Below, one piece after another: positions 7,814 through 15,547 of a stretch of 64,000 nt of DNA. The notes under the pieces were generated by a model. That model ran no database searches and had not been told where the DNA came from. It saw nothing but the letters and a program-made list of their open reading frames with translations. Position 1 is the first letter of the stretch, and each line of letters begins with the position of its first letter. This DNA comes from an uncultured Candidatus Saccharibacteria bacterium (GTDB lineage: Bacteria; Patescibacteriota; Dojkabacteria; SC72). The translations under genes were made by a program, and so were the position numbers. The stretch spans positions 107,914 through 171,913 of the forward strand of contig CAZEQZ010000001.1 in the NCBI GenBank assembly GCA_964514595.1, given 5' to 3'.

Positions 7814-8503
7814 TTACTCTTTCTTAGCGTAGCTTATCTTTACACTAGGTCCCATAGTTGGTGCTAAATGCATTCTTTTTATAGCTTGCATATATCCTTT
7901 TCCAATAGCACTCTCTACTGCTGATATAGCCTCATGAATATTCTCGATTAATTTTTCATCCTCCATATCTAACTTCCCAACACTCATATGTATTACGCCT
8001 GAAGCATCGCACGTAAATGTCTGTTTTCCTTTCTTGTATTCTTCTACTACTGAGGCAATATCCTCAGTTACAGTTCCTACCTTCGGATTAGGCATAAGGC
8101 CCTTAGGACCTAATTCTTTACCTAATACAGCAATCTGTGGCATAACAGAAGGTGTAGCTATTGCAACATCAAATTCAATCTTACCATCCTTAACATCCTT
8201 CATAAGTTTATCTAATCCTACAAAATCAGCACCAGCCTTTTTAGCAACCTCATCCTTATCTGGTGTTGTAAATACAGCTATCTTAACACTCTTTGTAGCT
8301 GTAGAGTGGGGTAGTGATACGCTTCCCTTTATTGATTTAGGATCCTTATCTTTAGGTATATTAATATCAATATGTGCCTCTAGCGAACCTACAAACTTTG
8401 AGTATGAAAGACTCTTAACTTTTTTTACCCCCTCCTCTAAAGAGTATGTTTTGGATCTATCTAAATCTTTTGACACTTTTTTATAATTTTTTCCTCTTCT
8501 CAT
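7814..8503 (-). CDS. rplA: 50S ribosomal protein L1.
   Basis: 229 aa, ...FDVAIATPSVMPQIAVLGKELGPKGLMPNPKVGTVT... Confidence 0.9.
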   Translation of the reverse strand: MRRGKNYKKVSKDLDRSKTYSLEEGVKKVKSLSYSKFVGSLEAHIDINIPKDKDPKSIKGSVSLPHSTATKSVKIAVFTTPDKDEVAKKAGADFVGLDKLMKDVKDGKIEFDVAIATPSVMPQIAVLGKELGPKGLMPNPKVGTVTEDIASVVEEYKKGKQTFTCDASGVIHMSVGKLDMEDEKLIENIHEAISAVESAIGKGYMQAIKRMHLAPTMGPSVKISYAKKE

Positions 8504-8520
8504 TCTAGTACTAGTATTAA

Positions 8521-8946
8521 TTAAAGTTCTACATCAACGCCCATCTGTTTTGCTGTCCCAGCTATTATTTTAGCTGCTTGGTCATAGTCAGATGTATTTA
8601 AGTCTGGCATCTTAATGTCTATTATTTTTTTAACCTGTTCCTTAGAAAGCTTTCCAACTTTGTTTAAGTTAGGTTTGTCAGAACCCCTTTTGATTTTTAA
8701 CTCCCTCCTTATCAACTCAGATGTGGGAGGAGTTTTTAGTATGAAATCAAAGGATCTGTCTTCGTATATAGTCAATATCACAGGAGTCAGGATACCATTA
8801 CTCTCCTTTGTTCTTTCATTGAATTGAGAGCAAAAATCTTGTGTATTAATACCGTATGGAGCTAATGTTGGACCTATTGGAGGTGCCATTGTAGCTTGTC
8901 CAGCTGGTATTGTTATTTTTATAACTTTTTTAATCTCTTTTGCCAT
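8521..8946 (-). CDS. rplK: 50S ribosomal protein L11.
   Basis: MAKEIKKVIKITIPAGQATMAPPIGPTLAPYGIN... Confidence 0.92.
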   Translation of the reverse strand: MAKEIKKVIKITIPAGQATMAPPIGPTLAPYGINTQDFCSQFNERTKESNGILTPVILTIYEDRSFDFILKTPPTSELIRRELKIKRGSDKPNLNKVGKLSKEQVKKIIDIKMPDLNTSDYDQAAKIIAGTAKQMGVDVEL

Positions 8947-8970
8947 ATTAGTATAAACTATTTAAATATT

Positions 8971-9552
8971 CTAAAGCTTAGTAACTTGAGAAAGATCAAG
9001 CTCTACAGGAGCCTCTCTACCAAGGAATGAGATGAGGACTTTTATCTTTCCTTTAGTAGTATCTATCTCTTGTACACTTCCTATGAAGTCTGCAAATGCA
9101 CCATCAGTTATTTTAACTGCTTCTCCAACACTAAATGATGTCTTAAATGATGGCTGTTCCACTTCCATGAATTTTGTAATTGCCATTACCTCAGATTCTG
9201 CCAAAGGCTTTGGATATTTATCTGTTTTAACAAAGCCCCTTACCCCCTCTGTATTAGTTACTATATCCCATGTTTTATTGTCTAATTCCATCTTGATTAG
9301 AATATATCCAGGAAATATCTTCTCTTCTTTCACATCCTGTTTGCCTTTTTTAACAAAAATCTTCTTCTGTACAGGAACTAATATATCTACAATCTTATCC
9401 TGCATCCCTGTTGCTTCTGCTCTTTGATTTATTTCCTTCTGTATACTATTTTCGTATCCAGTTCTAATATTTAACACATACCACTTAGCATTAGGATTGC
9501 TCTTCTTTTTACTTTTTACTACTTTCTTTTCTTTTTTAATTTCTTTTGTCAT
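8971..9552 (-). CDS. nusG: Transcription termination/antitermination factor NusG.
   Basis: KWYVLNIRTGYENSI... NGN domain, and C-terminal KOW (GEAVKITDGAFADFIGSVQEID). Confidence 0.85.
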   Translation of the reverse strand: MTKEIKKEKKVVKSKKKSNPNAKWYVLNIRTGYENSIQKEINQRAEATGMQDKIVDILVPVQKKIFVKKGKQDVKEEKIFPGYILIKMELDNKTWDIVTNTEGVRGFVKTDKYPKPLAESEVMAITKFMEVEQPSFKTSFSVGEAVKITDGAFADFIGSVQEIDTTKGKIKVLISFLGREAPVELDLSQVTKL

Positions 9553-9562
9553 ATTTGTTTAA

Positions 9563-9733
9563 TTAAACATTAAGAAACCAATCTCTTAATTTGAAAAGAA
9601 TCAAATCAAGACCTACCATTACGGCAGCGATTATACCACACAGTATTAGTGTATATATTGTTAACTGCAATAATTCCTTCTTAGAAGGCCACTTACTATT
9701 CTTTAATTCTGTTACTATATCTCTTATTTTCAT
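9563..9733 (-). CDS. secE: Preprotein translocase subunit SecE (56 aa).
   Basis: Manual reverse-complement translation gives MKIRDIVTELKNSKWPSKKELLQLTIYTLILCGIIAAVMVGLDLILFKLRDWFLNV, the SecE signature (W-P..E plus a single TM). It sits immediately upstream of nusG. It is below the ORF-track size cut-off. Confidence 0.6.
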   Translation of the reverse strand: MKIRDIVTELKNSKWPSKKELLQLTIYTLILCGIIAAVMVGLDLILFKLRDWFLNV

Positions 9734-9746
9734 CTTTATATATATT

Positions 9747-9822
9747 TGGCAGGCCCACTCCGACTTGAACGGAGAACTACGGTTTTGGAGACCGCTGTTT
9801 TACCAATTGAAACTATGGGCCC
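9747..9822 (-). tRNA. tRNA-Trp (anticodon CCA), with the CCA end encoded.
   Basis: Reverse complement GGGCCCATAGTTTCAATTGGTAAAACAGCGGTCTCCAAAACCGTAGTTCTCCGTTCAAGTCGGAGTGGGCCTGCCA folds as a cloverleaf with a 7-bp acceptor stem, anticodon loop CTCCAAA and T-loop TTCAAGT. Confidence 0.75.
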
Positions 9823-9838
9823 TAAATTGGTAAAAGAG

Positions 9839-10006
9839 CTACTGTTTTACTTTGGTCTCTTTATGTACTGTATGTGCCTGGCACTTGGAACAGTACTTCT
9901 TTTTTTCAATTTTTTCTTTCAGATTTTTACCTTTAAACGCAGTATAGTTTTTTGTTCCACAGATCTCACATTTAAAAGCAATGATATCTCTCTTTACTTT
10001 AGCCAT
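9839..10006 (-). CDS. rpmG: 50S ribosomal protein L33.
   Basis: Manual translation gives MAKVKRDIIAFKCEICGTKNYTAFKGKNLKEKIEKKKYCSKCQAHTVHKETKVKQ, with the CxxC...CxxC L33 zinc ribbon. It holds the canonical position upstream of tRNA-Trp/secE. Confidence 0.7.
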   Translation of the reverse strand: MAKVKRDIIAFKCEICGTKNYTAFKGKNLKEKIEKKKYCSKCQAHTVHKETKVKQ

Positions 10007-10131
10007 ATTTTTCGGGAATCAAATTTAGAATAATGGGAAAATACTCCGTATTATATTGGAAATAGTAGGGGAGGTCAAATATTTTTTAGGTTTTGAAAAA
10101 ATTATATATTGGTGTATTATTTATTTAATAT

Positions 10132-11070
10132 ATGGATGAAAATATAAAGGGAGGAAATTCTACAACGGAGAGTTCTGAGGGATCTTCAAAATCGGCTAGA
10201 ATAGTAGCTGCTGGTCTGGCTGTAGCAGGAGCCCTTACTCCAAAGGATGCTGTGTCTGCAATGACCGTGGATAATTACGATTCTAATACTGCTCCTGTAG
10301 TGGAGACAACGGGAAAGACTTCAGAGGAGATGTATTCTACTCCCGGTATTGAGGCGGTTAGGGAGGATCAGATGATGCCTTCCGTTCAAGAAATAGATCC
10401 AATTACAGAAAAAGGTGGAATTGTTTTCCCAGGGATAGACTATGAGTTTATGGTGGTATCTCCTTTGGGAGCATACGGTCCAGATGGCACATACTATCCC
10501 AACGCACTGCCAGAGGGTGGTATTATTAGTATAGGTGGTGTAGAGGCAGAGGTTACATATAATACAGGATATTTCCCAGAAGGGATAACGTTTCTCAATT
10601 TTCCTTCGGGGGAGGGGTTAGAGGCAGGACAAGTATTTCCGTATATGGCTTTTGTTCCTTACAATAGGGCTTTTAGGGGAACTAATTTTGCTGAGAATCA
10701 TCAGGGGAGTAAGGAGAAAACGGTATATTCAGATTCCAGGAAGGGAGGAGTGTCATATGTTGTGATGCCAATAGTAGTCTCAGGGAGGGTATCAACGATA
10801 TTTCCTCCAGATGTAGAAAATGGAAAGATTATCGAGGGTCCTACAAAAAGTTTGAAATTAGCAGCAAAAGGGATAACGACGGATACAAGTGGAGGAGTGG
10901 ATTGGCTTTTCTGTTCACTTAGTCAGAAGGAAGATGGGAAAGTTCTATTAAAAGTAGAGGCTATTTTAATCAATGATGGTTCTGGTGCAGGGGTATACAT
11001 GGATCCTCAAGGTGTTCCTATTGAAATGGCTAGTAAATTAAGGTCTGCCGGTTGGGATTCGGAGTTTTGA
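10132..11070 (+). CDS. Hypothetical protein (312 aa), Gly/Pro/Tyr-rich.
   Basis: ORF only. Its N-terminus has a short hydrophobic segment (IVAAGLAVAGAL). Confidence 0.4.
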   Translation: MDENIKGGNSTTESSEGSSKSARIVAAGLAVAGALTPKDAVSAMTVDNYDSNTAPVVETTGKTSEEMYSTPGIEAVREDQMMPSVQEIDPITEKGGIVFPGIDYEFMVVSPLGAYGPDGTYYPNALPEGGIISIGGVEAEVTYNTGYFPEGITFLNFPSGEGLEAGQVFPYMAFVPYNRAFRGTNFAENHQGSKEKTVYSDSRKGGVSYVVMPIVVSGRVSTIFPPDVENGKIIEGPTKSLKLAAKGITTDTSGGVDWLFCSLSQKEDGKVLLKVEAILINDGSGAGVYMDPQGVPIEMASKLRSAGWDSEF

Positions 11071-11505
11071 TTAGAGAATTGTCCAAGATAGAGTGTCTTT
11101 CTTTTTTGCAAACTTCAAACCTTCTAGTATGGTATAGGGTATCCAATCTTTGATGCTATTACTATATCCATTGTCAAAATTATGGTCTTCTACAGCAACT
11201 ACTTTTTTGTCCCCTAGATTAAAAACTAAGGCTAAACATCTTTTTTGTTTACTAAACAACATTTTGCGTTCATCAGAGGTAATGTCTTCTGGCGGATATA
11301 CTATAACATTTGGTCCTACGAAATCATTACTATATTGTGTCCTTACACCCAATCCGTCGTCTACTATATTGAATATCCCTGTTTCGTCTAATAATTGATT
11401 AACCCCATCGGAAAGTGACTCTAGTGTCTCAGAAGATATTTCCATACAATCTTCTGTTATATATGAGGTTGATCCTCCGTTAAAACCTTCTGTCTTTACA
11501 GGCAT
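11071..11505 (-). CDS. Hypothetical protein (144 aa).
   Basis: ORF only. It is convergent with the previous gene and abuts it. Confidence 0.35.
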   Translation of the reverse strand: MPVKTEGFNGGSTSYITEDCMEISSETLESLSDGVNQLLDETGIFNIVDDGLGVRTQYSNDFVGPNVIVYPPEDITSDERKMLFSKQKRCLALVFNLGDKKVVAVEDHNFDNGYSNSIKDWIPYTILEGLKFAKKKDTLSWTIL

Positions 11506-11582
11506 AATATATTAAGGTTAAATTTAAAAGAATAGCGAGCATTATATACTATTAATTAGAATTTGTAAAAACTATGGGACAA

Positions 11583-11656
11583 AGCTGGATCTGAGAATCG
11601 AACTCAGGACCTCATTCTTACCATGAATGTGCTCTAACCAACTGAGCTAATCCAGC
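11583..11656 (-). tRNA. tRNA-Thr (anticodon GGT).
   Basis: Reverse complement GCTGGATTAGCTCAGTTGGTTAGAGCACATTCATGGTAAGAATGAGGTCCTGAGTTCGATTCTCAGATCCAGCT, 74 nt; anticodon loop ATGGTAA. Confidence 0.7.
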
Positions 11657-11725
11657 AATTATAGGAAGATGTCGAGATGCTGATTTAGCATTCTGGACAA
11701 CCCTCCACACTATAAGTTAGCGGGA

Positions 11726-11808
11726 TGCAGAGGACAGGATTTGAACCTGTGTATCCCGAAGGAGTCGGATTTACAGTCCGATGCGTTTGACCACTCCGCC
11801 ACCTCTGC
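11726..11808 (-). tRNA. tRNA-Tyr (anticodon GTA), with a long variable arm.
   Basis: Reverse complement GCAGAGGTGGCGGAGTGGTCAAACGCATCGGACTGTAAATCCGACTCCTTCGGGATACACAGGTTCAAATCCTGTCCTCTGCA, 83 nt; anticodon loop CTGTAAA. Confidence 0.7.
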
Positions 11809-11812
11809 TTAT

Positions 11813-11889
11813 TGGAGCCGAAGAAGAGATTCGAACTCTTGACCTACTGTTTACAAAACAGTTGCTCTGACCAACTGAGCTACTTCGGC
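11813..11889 (-). tRNA. tRNA-Thr (anticodon TGT), with CCA encoded.
   Basis: Reverse complement GCCGAAGTAGCTCAGTTGGTCAGAGCAACTGTTTTGTAAACAGTAGGTCAAGAGTTCGAATCTCTTCTTCGGCTCCA, 77 nt. Confidence 0.7.
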
Positions 11890-11946
11890 ATTCGCAGTTG
11901 CAAGTTTAATATATGTAGAAAATATAGTCAATATAAGAAGGGAAAT

Positions 11947-12092
11947 GCTCTAGAAGGTGTGGAATCATAGAGCTCTGTATTCAAAGTGGGTTTCCGCAAC
12001 CTGGTCCCACGGGACCAAGCAATTTTTGCTGTTTGGAATCCCTAAGCTCTTTAGTATGGAGCTATGAAACCACAGTATTCCAACTAGAGCAG
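11947..12092. ncRNA. Candidate structured RNA (~150 nt, multi-stem). Identity and strand unknown.
   Basis: A closing stem gctctag / ctagagc encloses nested stems: tgtgg/ccaca, tcatag/ctatga, gctc/gagc, a perfect hairpin tggtcc-cacg-ggacca, and agcaa-ttt-ttgct. The region is non-coding and sits next to the tRNA array. Confidence 0.2.
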
Positions 12093-12151
12093 TATATTTT
12101 ACCCCAAAGAAACATTGAAATACAAATATATTTGAGCCTATAAGGCCGATT

Positions 12152-12772
12152 CTAGAGGAAGCCCAGTATAGTTAAACTTCTAGTTATTACGGTTGATATA
12201 TATATCCCCGCTAAAGACCCTGAATTTGCTATGGGAAGGATCAAAATAGCTAACATAACGAATTGAATCTTCTCTAACTGCTCCCAGTAGTAGCGGATAC
12301 TTCTTGGCAGTATAGCTCTTACTATCTTATGTCCATCCAATGGTGGAATTGGTATTAAATTGAAGAAAGCTAACGCCAAGTTGACTAGTGTAAAGGTTAG
12401 TAGGAAGGAGCCTGCAATAGTTGTTAAATCAGGCCTAAATATATAGTTTATTAATCCTAATACGATTGCCATAAGAATGTTTGATAGGGGACCAGCTAGT
12501 GCCGTAATTGCAGTACCAAACTCTCTCTTGTTGAAGTTATACTCATTTATTGGTACTGGCTTACTCCAACCAAATCTAAAAAGTACCATACAGAGTGCTC
12601 CCAGAGGATCTATATGTGCTAATGGATTTAAGGTGAGTCGACCCTCAGATTTTGCAGTAGGGTCACCTAATTTGAAAGCAGCTAATCCATGTGCATACTC
12701 ATGAATAGTTGATGCTACTAATATTGATGGGATTGCAAATAGAATCCAATATATTGTTTCTGAAGTGATCAT
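12152..12772 (-). CDS. Site-2 protease family (peptidase M50) zinc metalloprotease, membrane-embedded.
   Basis: HEYAHGLAAF HExxH motif near the N-terminus, polytopic membrane protein, and LDG motif (IPIPPLDGHKI). Confidence 0.75.
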   Translation of the reverse strand: MITSETIYWILFAIPSILVASTIHEYAHGLAAFKLGDPTAKSEGRLTLNPLAHIDPLGALCMVLFRFGWSKPVPINEYNFNKREFGTAITALAGPLSNILMAIVLGLINYIFRPDLTTIAGSFLLTFTLVNLALAFFNLIPIPPLDGHKIVRAILPRSIRYYWEQLEKIQFVMLAILILPIANSGSLAGIYISTVITRSLTILGFL

Positions 12773-12792
12773 ATCTAATTATATCATCTACA

Positions 12793-12821
12793 TTGACTGA
12801 ATCTCTCAACTTATATATAAT
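12793..12821 (+). promoter_or_regulatory. Sigma70-like promoter TTGACT-N17-TATAAT directly upstream of rpmB; near-leaderless.
   Basis: ttgact at 12793-12798, a 17-nt spacer, tataat at 12816-12821. The rpmB ATG is at 12831. Confidence 0.35.
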
Positions 12822-12830
12822 ACCCTCGTT

Positions 12831-13052
12831 ATGTCAAAATTATGTGAAATTTGTGGAAAATCTACAGTAGCTGGAAATAGGATACAGCATAAGCACTCCG
12901 TTGGTTGGAGATATAAAGCACCTAAGACAAAGAGGCAGTTTAAGCCTAATCTTAGAAGCATAGAAGTCGAAGTAGATGGTCAACCTATGAAAGTATCTAC
13001 CTGTATGAAGTGTTACAAGAGATTGCAGAAGGAATCTGGAACAGAAAAATAA
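12831..13052 (+). CDS. rpmB: 50S ribosomal protein L28.
   Basis: MSKLCEICGKSTVAGNRIQHKHSVGWRYKAPKTKRQFKPNL... Confidence 0.85.
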   Translation: MSKLCEICGKSTVAGNRIQHKHSVGWRYKAPKTKRQFKPNLRSIEVEVDGQPMKVSTCMKCYKRLQKESGTEK

Positions 13053-13128
13053 TCAGTATACAGTTGATATTTTTTAACACAGACACTCGTGTTCTTTTTT
13101 CTTAAATGATAGAATCAGTATAACAATT

Positions 13129-14184
13129 ATGAATTTTTTTGAATCCCTTTGGGGACTTGTAACATATGATTTAGGAATAGACTTGGGGACTGCTAACACC
13201 ATGGTATATATGCGAAATCATGGGATTGTTGTATCAGAGCCCTCTGTTGTAGCTATAGAAAAGAGAAGTAAAACAATACTAGCAGTCGGGAAAGAAGCCA
13301 GGCAAATGATCGGGAGAACTCCAGCAAATATTGTTGCTATAAGACCTCTTAAGGATGGAGTAATATCGGATTTTGATACTACGCAGGCCATGATTCATCA
13401 TTTTATACATAAAGCACATAACTACTTTGGTAAGGGTTTTAAGATACCTAGGCCAAGGGTGATAGTGGGGGTGCCTTCCTCTGTAACTGAAGTTGAAAGA
13501 CAAGCGGTTATAGATGCAGCAAAAACAGCAGGAGCTAGGGAGGTATTCATTGTAGAGGAAGCTATGGCAGCTGCAATAGGTGCAGGCCTACCTATAGAAG
13601 ATGCCTCTGGAAGTATGATTATAGATGTTGGAGGAGGAACTACTGATATAGCAGTATTCTCTTTGGGTGACATAGTTGTAGACAAGACTATGAAGGTAGC
13701 TGGGGATGAAATGGATGAAGATATCATTAACTATGTTAGAAGTAAGTACAATATGTTAATTGGGGAGAGAACAGCCGAGGATATCAAAATATCAATGGGA
13801 TCTGCCATGCCAATGAAGAAAGAGAAAAAGGTAAATGTGCAAGGTAGGGACCTATTAACAGGTCTTCCAAAGACAGTAGAGCTTAGTAGCATAGAAGTAA
13901 GGGAGGGGATGATGAATTCAATATTGATAATAACGGAATCTATAAAAGATGCTATAGAGGAGACACCTCCAGAGCTTCTGAGGGACTTACTTACTACAGG
14001 TGTAAGTCTGACAGGGGGAGGAGCTCTTATTAGGGGGTTGGACGTCTTTTGGTCCAAGGAATTAAATATTCCTGTTAAGGTAGTGGAGGATCCTCTTTCT
14101 ACAGTCGCTAGAGGTACAGCATTGATGTTGGACCATATAGAACTTTTAGACAGGGTCCAAAAATCGTGGCAGGAATTGGTTTAA
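13129..14184 (+). CDS. mreB: Rod shape-determining protein MreB (actin homolog).
   Basis: DLGIDLGTANTMVYMRNHGIVVSEPSVVAI..., DVGGGTTDIAVFSLG, TGGGALIRGLD. Confidence 0.9.
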   Translation: MNFFESLWGLVTYDLGIDLGTANTMVYMRNHGIVVSEPSVVAIEKRSKTILAVGKEARQMIGRTPANIVAIRPLKDGVISDFDTTQAMIHHFIHKAHNYFGKGFKIPRPRVIVGVPSSVTEVERQAVIDAAKTAGAREVFIVEEAMAAAIGAGLPIEDASGSMIIDVGGGTTDIAVFSLGDIVVDKTMKVAGDEMDEDIINYVRSKYNMLIGERTAEDIKISMGSAMPMKKEKKVNVQGRDLLTGLPKTVELSSIEVREGMMNSILIITESIKDAIEETPPELLRDLLTTGVSLTGGGALIRGLDVFWSKELNIPVKVVEDPLSTVARGTALMLDHIELLDRVQKSWQELV

Positions 14185-14199
14185 TCTTTATTAGTCATA

Positions 14200-15030
14200 A
14201 TGAAAAAGGGTACAAGTCAATTATCTAAAGAGTATTTCCTTCTGGTCTTTTCTGTATTTGCGGGTGTGTTATTTTTTCTGATGGATACATTGGGTATACT
14301 TTCTCCTTTGAGATCTGGAATTTCCTTTGTGGTGTCACCTGTTGCTTATGAGGCCAGTGTTATTGGTAGAGAAGGGAGGGAGTATCTTGAAACATTTATT
14401 CGTTTAAGGGAGTTTAGGGATGAGTATAACCAGTTGAGTATAGACATATACGAGAAGGAAGTAGAAAATTCCTTTTATACATTACTCAAAGAGGAAAATG
14501 AATCATTAAAGAAGCAAATAGCACTTGTCGGTGTTGATCAAAACTACATTATGGCAAAGGTTTTAAACGGAGAGGAGTATGATTTTTTAAGGATAAACAA
14601 GGGAGAGAGTTCGGGAGTAGTGGTAGGTGATGTGGTTACTTTGGGAAACATGTTTGTTGGGATAGTTACTGGTGTAGACAGGGAATCTTCCTTGGTTAGA
14701 TTGGCTACTAATAGAAGTAGTAATCTAGAAGTAATAGTTGTAAAAAAAGGGGTGGAGGAAGGGAAGGTGAGAGAGGATATAAGTGTTCTTGCTAGGGGGG
14801 TAGTTAATGGGTCTGCAGACGGTATTAGAATAGAAAACATTGCTATGGATGCAGATATTAGCAATGGTGATGTTGTTGTTGTAAACGATTCAAAGGTCGG
14901 GGAGTATTTGATTTTAGGATACTTAGTAGGTCTTTCAGAAAATCCTGCTGCCACATCTAGAACAGGCTATGTATCGTCGATAGTTGACTATAACAGGTTG
15001 GTAACGGTATTTGTTAGGGTAACTTTTTAA
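14200..15030 (+). CDS. mreC: Rod shape-determining protein MreC.
   Basis: Single N-terminal TM, a coiled-coil (ENESLKKQIALV), and a beta-rich periplasmic domain. It holds the conserved position after mreB. Confidence 0.6.
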   Translation: MKKGTSQLSKEYFLLVFSVFAGVLFFLMDTLGILSPLRSGISFVVSPVAYEASVIGREGREYLETFIRLREFRDEYNQLSIDIYEKEVENSFYTLLKEENESLKKQIALVGVDQNYIMAKVLNGEEYDFLRINKGESSGVVVGDVVTLGNMFVGIVTGVDRESSLVRLATNRSSNLEVIVVKKGVEEGKVREDISVLARGVVNGSADGIRIENIAMDADISNGDVVVVNDSKVGEYLILGYLVGLSENPAATSRTGYVSSIVDYNRLVTVFVRVTF

Positions 15031-15043
15031 TTTAAATATAGAT

Positions 15044-15544
15044 ATGGCTATAAACATTCTTTTAACAGTTTTGGGTGTCTTTGCAATTTTATTTGTGGAG
15101 AGTTTATTAGTAGCACTCTTTAATTTTAGAGTTGTGATTGTTCTCTTCCTTTTTCTGTTTAAAAAGATCGATTGGAAGCCACTTCTTGTTATATTTGGAA
15201 TAATCTCCCTGCTACTGGATGTTGTAAATAATTTACCCCTTGGGAGCAATTTGTTGATCATTTCTGTTGTTTTAGGTATCTTGATGTTAAGTTCAGTCTT
15301 CTTTTCCCTTGACTCCGATATTACTGCATTTCTGGTTAAATTCTTTGTTGTGGCAATATACTACATACTTCTTGTTATAACTCCAAATTTTTTAGTAACT
15401 GGAAGGTTCGGATTTTTAAGCTTGAATGATATTCTTTCTTCTATAATTAAGGCTGTTGTTACAACGTTTTTATTTATACTTTTAGAAAACATATTTACTG
15501 GATTTAGAAGTAGGGGAAATGCTTCGCAAATTCGATTAAAATAA
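15044..15544 (+). CDS. mreD: Rod shape-determining protein MreD-like polytopic membrane protein.
   Basis: 166-aa hydrophobic protein between mreC and pbp2; assigned from synteny. Confidence 0.4.
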   Translation: MAINILLTVLGVFAILFVESLLVALFNFRVVIVLFLFLFKKIDWKPLLVIFGIISLLLDVVNNLPLGSNLLIISVVLGILMLSSVFFSLDSDITAFLVKFFVVAIYYILLVITPNFLVTGRFGFLSLNDILSSIIKAVVTTFLFILLENIFTGFRSRGNASQIRLK

Positions 15545-15547
15545 GGT

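Noticed and set aside
8034-9427. Plus-strand ORFs 8034..8486, 8615..8827 and 9032..9427.
   Set aside because: They are antisense to rplA, rplK and nusG, which are unmistakable; these are shadow ORFs.
9591-10033. Plus-strand ORFs 9591..9833 and 9746..10033.
   Set aside because: They overlap secE, tRNA-Trp and rpmG on the opposite strand. Those features are well supported and these ORFs have no motif.
11506-12151. tRNA-Gly expected within the Thr-Tyr-Gly-Thr array.
   Set aside because: Tyr and Thr(TGT) are only 4 nt apart, and no cloverleaf with a Gly anticodon could be built from the flanking sequence. The 11947..12092 element does not fold as a tRNA.
13279-14057. Minus-strand ORFs inside mreB.
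   Set aside because: They are antisense to a highly conserved MreB frame.
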